A stretch of DNA of 58,205 nucleotides from contig JAFGOA010000171.1 of NCBI GenBank assembly GCA_016926735.1, forward strand, positions 1 to 58,205, given 5' to 3'. The notes beneath the pieces are model-generated. The model made no database searches. It had not been told where the DNA came from and worked only from the letters and a program-made list of their open reading frames with translations. Source of the stretch: Promethearchaeota archaeon (lineage in GTDB: Archaea > Asgardarchaeota > Lokiarchaeia > Sigyniarchaeales > SOKP01). Made by a program: the position numbers and the translations under genes. Shown here in pieces: positions 52,335 to 58,205 of this stretch; within the stretch, counting starts at the first letter, position 1; each line of letters starts with the position of its first letter.

Positions 52335-53078
52335 CTATTGAATTCTTAAATCTAGTGTTAATCCATTAAATTTTAGCCACTCTTTCATCTTTTTATAATC
52401 AGGAAAAAGGGATTCTACTTTATTCCAAAATTTGGTAGAGTGATTAGGTACTTCAATATGAGCTAATTCATGTACGATCACATAATCAATTACATCCACA
52501 GGAGCCATAATTATTCTCCAATTAAAAATTAATCTTTTATCACTAGTACATGTCCCCCATCGTATCTTATAATCCCTAACTTTAATTTCTTTTGGTTTAT
52601 CATCTAAATACTTAAGATATTTTCCAATACGGTTTTTTATGACATTTAGAGCTTTTTTTTTATACCATTTTACAAGAATTTGTTTTATTTTTTCAAATCT
52701 TTCTTTTTTAGAAAGATTCTTGTTGATATAGATATTTAGAACTCTTGATGAAAAGGAAATTTTAGGATATTTTTGTTCTATTGGATAGATTTTCAATGTG
52801 ATCAATTTATTTTTTAGGAGAAACGTGTTTCCACTAATAATCTCATCTTTTAAAGGATCTGGAAGGATAACTTGTTTATTTTTTTCAATAACCTTTGTAA
52901 TCCATTGTCTTTTTTTATAAATAATTGTATTTATTTTGTCTAAATCTAATTGGTAAGGAACTCTGACTATAACTAAGCCATTAGGCTTTACGCTAATACC
53001 CACTGTTTTTCGGTTTGTTCTAATAATATTATAGGTAATAGAGTTATCTCCAAGATCAATAGTATTTATATCTATCAT
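52335..53078 (-). CDS. YgjP/DUF45 (M48-like) metallo-hydrolase
   Basis: RWGTC, FNWRI, DYVIVHELAH, NHS..FW. Confidence 0.9.
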   Translation of the reverse strand: MIDINTIDLGDNSITYNIIRTNRKTVGISVKPNGLVIVRVPYQLDLDKINTIIYKKRQWITKVIEKNKQVILPDPLKDEIISGNTFLLKNKLITLKIYPIEQKYPKISFSSRVLNIYINKNLSKKERFEKIKQILVKWYKKKALNVIKNRIGKYLKYLDDKPKEIKVRDYKIRWGTCTSDKRLIFNWRIIMAPVDVIDYVIVHELAHIEVPNHSTKFWNKVESLFPDYKKMKEWLKFNGLTLDLRIQ

Positions 53079-53368
53079 TATAATTATTCCACTCCTTTTT
53101 AAAATATTAAAAAATCATTTCTTATTCAATCTTTTTATTAAGGGAAAAGAAATTATTATTATATTCAGGATACCTTCATTATCCTTATTTTTAGTCGATC
53201 AATATAATTAAATCGAACTGAATAAGCAAGGTATATTCTTTAGAAGGAAAATTAATAGAAAAAGAAATTAAAATCATATATTTTAAAGATAGAAAGTTTA
53301 AATAAAATCTAAAAAATTAATTCCTATAAAATTTTGAACATAATGAAAAAATCAAAAAGGTTTAATAT

Positions 53369-53740
53369 ATGTCTAAAGAAAATGAAATGTTAGAAGAATT
53401 GATAAAAATTAGAGAAGCACTCGCACCAACTCCGCCACCTCAAGAAGAGAGGAAGGGGTTAATAAATGAATTCAAAGATTTTATAAAAAAATATAAAGTA
53501 ATGGGATTAGCAGTTGCTTTTATCATGGGTATTTATCTTGGAGCACTTATAAAATCACTCGTTGATAATTTGATTATGCCTATTGTTGAGATTTTCTTGC
53601 CAGAAGATTTAAATTGGGAATCATTAGCATTAGGTCCATTTAGATATGGAGCTTTTATAGGAGATCTAATAACTTTCGTAATAGTAGCTTTTGTAATATT
53701 CTTATTAGTTAAATTTACAACCAGAATAGGTATCGAATAA
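53369..53740 (+). CDS. mscL: Large-conductance mechanosensitive channel
   Basis: EFKDFI...LAVAFIMG...SLVDNLIMP...YGAFI. Confidence 0.9.
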   Translation: MSKENEMLEELIKIREALAPTPPPQEERKGLINEFKDFIKKYKVMGLAVAFIMGIYLGALIKSLVDNLIMPIVEIFLPEDLNWESLALGPFRYGAFIGDLITFVIVAFVIFLLVKFTTRIGIE

Positions 53741-53813
53741 CTCTATTTTTAGTTTTATTTTTTTTCCTTTTTAATTATATTCAGGAAAAAAAAAGATAAT
53801 TTGAAAAAAGGTA

Positions 53814-54065
53814 TTATCCATCCTTTTTATTTAAAAAGTTAGTAAGGATTGTTACTAAAGTATTTGCAAAGATAGCTGCACCTGTCATTAGTATAGTCCT
53901 TGTTTTGAATTGTTTTGTAGTGAAGGATTGTATTTGATGCGTTTCTATAATAATATCCTTATCCCTTAAATTACTTTTTAAGAGTTTATTATCTATGGAA
54001 ACGAAGTTTATTTTTCCAATAAATAATTCAAATTCAGATCCATCTTTAAGGATTATTTTTAAACA
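53814..54065 (-). pseudogene. Open frame without a start codon; probable gene fragment
   Basis: 83 sense codons (KIILKDGSEFELFIGK...GAAIFANTLVTILTNFLNKKDG*). Confidence 0.4.
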
Positions 54066-54243
54066 TTATTTTCACGAATATTATAAATTCCTATCGTTAT
54101 TTTCTTATAGAAAATCTAATGAAATTAAAGAGATTATTCTTAAATGATTTTCAGACTCTGGTAATTGAATAATTATAAAAAAGATGATTATTATTAAGGA
54201 TATTAATTTGAAATATAACTCATCACACATTAAGGGAATTTAG

Positions 54244-55425
54244 ATGGCAAAAAAAAATAAATTTATAGGACAGTTTGTAGATGAAATGTATGGTGTTATC
54301 ATTGGTTTGGGTATTGCAAATATTTTATTCCAAGAAGCATTTGAACCAAGTTCAGTACTTCAGATATTTACAATTTTTATCATAACCTATGTGATTTTAA
54401 CATATTGGTGGGATTGGGCAGAATATGTATCAACAGAAGTATATAGTACAAAACGAGAATTAATCATTGATTTTATGATTTTATTTGTAATGGAACTTTT
54501 TTATGTATTCTATAGTAACCTTCTTTATTTAGCTATTGCTTTTTGTGTTTTAGGGATATGCGATTTTATATGGGTTTCGAATTTTATTTACGAAACACGA
54601 CGAGAAGGGGATTTTTCTATAAGACCTGTAATCTATCTTCTTGAAAAATTAATTTGTATATCAATCTATATCTCCTCATTTATTTTCTGTCTCTATTTAG
54701 AAAATCAAATTTTGATAAAAGATTTTGCAGAATTAAATAAATGGATTCAGTCTTTTAGTGTGCTTATCGCATTTTTAATGGTAAGGAAAGTGGGATTCAA
54801 CCATATAAGAGGTGAAAAATTTTTTTTTTTCCCAGCTGAGATTGAAGATGCAAAAGATATTATTGACATAAATGAGTCATATTTAAGGCAATATAATAAT
54901 AAATTGGGTTTCTTATTAGGCAAATTAGATTATAATGAATTATTAGAAATAATACGCTGTGATCATAAAACTTTTTTTGTAGCAAAAGGAGAAGATAAAG
55001 AATTTCTAGGTTATGTTAAAATTGACGAACATATTGAAGATGATATACTAAAAGATGTTAAATGGAATTGGATTGATAAAAATAACAAAAATGATTTTGA
55101 AAGATTTCAGTATATTTATATTAGTCAATTAGCTATTAAAAAAGAATCATCAAGGAAAGGAATTGGAAAATTTATTTATGAAACCTTATTTAAGAAGTAT
55201 CCTGATAGAAATTTTGTAGCTTTTGTAGCTAAAGAACCATATTTAAATAGAGCTTCAAGAGAATTTCATGAATCATTGGGATTTGATAAAGTAGGTATTT
55301 TCAAAAGAAAGCGATATTTAGAAGTTGATAATTTTGAGTCTTATTTTTTCTATAAGGAAAAACTAATTGAACCAAAAAAAATGCCTTTCCTTAAAAAAAT
55401 TCATAATGAGATAAAAAAGGACTAA
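54244..55425 (+). CDS. Membrane domain (about 6 TM) fused to GNAT acetyltransferase
   Basis: Hydrophobic N-terminal half; C-terminal YISQLAI..RKGIGK..N.ASREFHESLGF. Confidence 0.8.
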   Translation: MAKKNKFIGQFVDEMYGVIIGLGIANILFQEAFEPSSVLQIFTIFIITYVILTYWWDWAEYVSTEVYSTKRELIIDFMILFVMELFYVFYSNLLYLAIAFCVLGICDFIWVSNFIYETRREGDFSIRPVIYLLEKLICISIYISSFIFCLYLENQILIKDFAELNKWIQSFSVLIAFLMVRKVGFNHIRGEKFFFFPAEIEDAKDIIDINESYLRQYNNKLGFLLGKLDYNELLEIIRCDHKTFFVAKGEDKEFLGYVKIDEHIEDDILKDVKWNWIDKNNKNDFERFQYIYISQLAIKKESSRKGIGKFIYETLFKKYPDRNFVAFVAKEPYLNRASREFHESLGFDKVGIFKRKRYLEVDNFESYFFYKEKLIEPKKMPFLKKIHNEIKKD

Positions 55426-55555
55426 TTCTTTATTCTCTTTTTTTTTAATATTTAGAACTCGATAAATTCATAAAAAGAGTTTAGACTTTATTCTAAAATT
55501 ATTTAAATTAACTATTCTTTTAAAGTCTTAAAATTAACTTTAGAGGGGAAGAAGT

Positions 55556-56068
55556 ATGGCGAGAAAAAATACTTATAAAACTATAGTTATATTAGCAGGT
55601 TTTACAATTGCAATAGTCATTATATTAGGAGTTATAATTCCAGATATGGGATGGTGGAATCTTACTTATAAAAGTGGTATTATTACGTGGGAATATGATT
55701 TAAATGCATTTGGTTTTTTTACATCGACTAACGGAGAATCTGAATTTTTAGGAGATTATCTAATTCTTTTACCAGGATTAATGGTATTAATTGGGGCAAT
55801 CTTTATTTCATTAGGAGCAATAAAAGAAAATAAAGGAATAACAATATTATCAGGATTTATTGTAATATTTGGGATAATTCTCTTTTGTGTAGGTTTGAGT
55901 ACAAATGATGATTGGGAGGATCTCAATATTTTAATTGATTTTTTATCAGGAAGCGATAATCTTGTCTTTTGGGGATCTCTTGGAGATTTTTCATGGGGGT
56001 TATCAATTGGATTTTATTTAAGTGTTATTTGCGCAGGAATCGCTATAGTTAGTTCTTTTTATATGTAA
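55556..56068 (+). CDS. Hypothetical 4-TM membrane protein
   Basis: 170 aa with four hydrophobic segments and WGLSIGFYL. Confidence 0.7.
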   Translation: MARKNTYKTIVILAGFTIAIVIILGVIIPDMGWWNLTYKSGIITWEYDLNAFGFFTSTNGESEFLGDYLILLPGLMVLIGAIFISLGAIKENKGITILSGFIVIFGIILFCVGLSTNDDWEDLNILIDFLSGSDNLVFWGSLGDFSWGLSIGFYLSVICAGIAIVSSFYM

Positions 56069-56106
56069 TTAAGCAATACGAAATTATAATATTCTCTTTT
56101 TTTTAA

Positions 56107-56826
56107 TTATTTAGAATTTGTCCACCAATAAGGAATATCCAAATTTTGAATTTCATCAGAAATATATAACCATATTTTATTTTTATAAATTGTAAATATA
56201 AATCCATTTAAAAATAATGGCCAATCTTTTTCAGGAGGGATACCAAACCAGCCCATTCGAAGAGCTAAAAGAAGGATATCATGAGTAATATGAATATCTA
56301 TTCTTTTTTGATCTGTATTATTTGTAGCATTCCATATCGTTTTAGCAGCTTCTTTACAATATTTTTCAAAGGATTGTATTTGTTCTGAAGAATAATATCC
56401 AGCAACCCATTTTTTCAAGAAATGGATAATTGATGAATTAAAAGTCTCACTTATAATAAATTCTCCACTAGCACCTATGTCATATAATGGTTTAAATGTA
56501 CCCATAATCTCAAAATTATTACTTTTTTCTTTATATCCATTCACTATTGCTTCTACTGTTTCTTTGCAACGAGGAGAAATACTATGATATAATCTAATAA
56601 ATCTATTTATTGGAAGAGCATTTCCAAATCTATTGGCAATTTCTATACCATTAGGCGTTAATCTCATTTTAATCATTTTTTTAATATCTCTAGTATCTCC
56701 TCTTTGAGAGTGTCGTATTAAAAGAATTAAATTTGCTTCTTTAGGAAATTCTTCAATAATATTTATCAGTTTTCTAGCATTTAATGCCCAAGAAGCATTA
56801 TTCCATATTTCTTTTGAATCCATCAT
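56107..56826 (-). CDS. Histidine phosphatase family protein
   Basis: LIRHS, LT..G, S...RC.ET, ITHD. Confidence 0.85.
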   Translation of the reverse strand: MMDSKEIWNNASWALNARKLINIIEEFPKEANLILLIRHSQRGDTRDIKKMIKMRLTPNGIEIANRFGNALPINRFIRLYHSISPRCKETVEAIVNGYKEKSNNFEIMGTFKPLYDIGASGEFIISETFNSSIIHFLKKWVAGYYSSEQIQSFEKYCKEAAKTIWNATNNTDQKRIDIHITHDILLLALRMGWFGIPPEKDWPLFLNGFIFTIYKNKIWLYISDEIQNLDIPYWWTNSK

Positions 56827-57004
56827 AGTATTTATTATTTTTATAGTTGTTAAATAAGTAGTTAAGTCCTAAATAATCTTAATTCTAACTAATTATTGCT
56901 AAACATTAAATTTTTTTATTAAGAAAAGATCAAAAGATTAATAAATGTGATTGATACATTATTATTTATTATCTTATTATTGATAATTTAATAAAAAATA
57001 TCTT

Positions 57005-57865
57005 TTGTGGATGAAAATGTTAATTTTTAAAAAAAAAATATTTGCTTTGGGAATGATTTTAATATCTTTTTTCTCTTTTAGTAGAGTAAATAATATATTG
57101 GCAAATCCTGCTATGCCCAATTATGATTCAACTGGAACAATAGGACCTTTTCCAATAACAAACAATAATTGTACTATAAAAAATGCAACTATACTATATA
57201 AAGTATATTGTTCTGATCGACATGACTATAGTCTAACAATTGATGCTAATTATACAATATATAATCCAAATTCAACATTAGAGGCTACAATATTAGCACC
57301 TTTTCCAGATTCCGTGATGTGTGATTTAATTTCCGTTTATTCAGATAATCCCTTTCAAGCTCTCGATTATGAGATTAAATACGATTGGGATTATCCAGAA
57401 TATGATCAATATCTTTCAGTGGTTTATTCTATGATTTTAAAGAGTAACATTACTTTACCTGAAAATAATACATTTAAATTATGTTACTACATAGATTATA
57501 GTTATATATTTTTATCAGCTAATCGTGAGGAGATATTTTATTGGTTATATACTGCTGATTCTTGGAATGAAATATCATATGAAAGAATTGAATACCAAGT
57601 TTATGGATTACAACCTGATTATTTTTCTGATAATGAATACATGGAGATTATAAATCATACAAATTATATAAGTTATATCTGGACATGGAATAATCAATCA
57701 ATTGACGTTAATTCTGTTTATATTGGATATGGGAGTAATAGAGGAATAGGAACAGATACCTTATTGTCATATTTACTTATTATTCAAACAGGAATATTTT
57801 CTATAGTAATTAAAACTATAATAAATAAAAAAAAAAAGAAAGGAGTTAGAATCTGTACCAATTGA
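57005..57865 (+). CDS. Secreted membrane-anchored protein, paralog of 24714-25589
   Basis: ANYTIYNP, APFP, WNEISYERIEY, SYIWTW, C-terminal TM. Confidence 0.75.
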   Translation: MWMKMLIFKKKIFALGMILISFFSFSRVNNILANPAMPNYDSTGTIGPFPITNNNCTIKNATILYKVYCSDRHDYSLTIDANYTIYNPNSTLEATILAPFPDSVMCDLISVYSDNPFQALDYEIKYDWDYPEYDQYLSVVYSMILKSNITLPENNTFKLCYYIDYSYIFLSANREEIFYWLYTADSWNEISYERIEYQVYGLQPDYFSDNEYMEIINHTNYISYIWTWNNQSIDVNSVYIGYGSNRGIGTDTLLSYLLIIQTGIFSIVIKTIINKKKKKGVRICTN

Positions 57866-57881
57866 TTTCTAATAATATATT

Positions 57882-58190
57882 TTAAGGAGTGATACTGGAG
57901 ACTCTCCAGACACCATCTTCTTTTTTGAGAGAAATTGGTTTATTCTTAACGGAAGCACCATCATCAGCTTTGAAAAATAATTTAACTTGTGTATCAGTAT
58001 TTGTAGTTACTTTTTTAGTTTCTTCAGGAGAAAATACATATTTTCTTCCATTCATAGTTTTCCACCAAGAATTGACCATTCTTTCAAGCCATTGCATATC
58101 TCCTCTTTTACCACCTCTCCAACAATCGTTACATAAAGTGTCTAAAAAGAGATCAAAATTCTCATTCATAGAACCTAAGTTTAAAGCCAA
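57882..58190 (-). CDS. Hypothetical protein (NTF2-like C-terminus); may begin beyond the window edge
   Basis: Ends in PISLKKEDGVWRV; frame is open toward the window end. Confidence 0.6.
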   Translation of the reverse strand: MALNLGSMNENFDLFLDTLCNDCWRGGKRGDMQWLERMVNSWWKTMNGRKYVFSPEETKKVTTNTDTQVKLFFKADDGASVKNKPISLKKEDGVWRVSSITP

Positions 58191-58205
58191 ATGAGCTACT
58201 GCTGC

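Noticed and set aside
52335-53078. Type I restriction-modification locus suggested by the YgjP-like gene
   Set aside because: No hsdR, hsdM or hsdS is adjacent
54062-54080. ACATTATTTTCACGAAT as an eighth repeat site
   Set aside because: The TTTCACG arm is present, but the core and outer arm do not match
5037-58194. Short ORF-track entries antisense to or nested in longer genes (e.g. 5037, 5321, 7265, 7537, 13823, 17940, 20889, 21315, 22854, 23333, 24258, 24674, 25258, 28169, 31041, 33807, 38537, 39024, 42138, 43138, 46330, 47867, 51333, 57889)
   Set aside because: Shadow ORFs overlapping well-supported genes, with no motifs of their own

Overview
Very AT-rich archaeal DNA, most likely an Asgard archaeon of the Lokiarchaeia/Helarchaeales type. 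The support is Loki-CTERM-like C-terminal anchors, a longin/roadblock-like protein, an LRR protein, GGTGA ribosome-binding sites and an F420-type LLM oxidoreductase; the taxon is inferred, not tested. I found no rRNA, tRNA, CRISPR array, transposase or integrase. The window is an accessory-gene patchwork: an ABC exporter, repeat-rich surface proteins, regulators, two toxin-antitoxin-like pairs, TIR and SIR2 proteins, thioredoxin and Fe-S genes, and many decayed gene fragments. The main unexplained structure lies at 18411-26720. Seven intergenic copies of one motif are arranged with mirror symmetry around a single complete palindromic site, CGTGAAA-TAACTG-TTTCACG (22794-22813), and they divide the DNA into modules of 1-4 genes. 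This resembles a bidirectional, integron-like or dif-module-like cassette array, although no recombinase is in view. Other notable items are a peroxiredoxin-like gene with an in-frame TGA in a UxxC motif (probable selenoprotein, 12478-12960), a shared palindromic operator upstream of three redox/Fe-S transcription units, several genes that appear to start at ATT/ATA, and a probable IS200/IS605-type end remnant.
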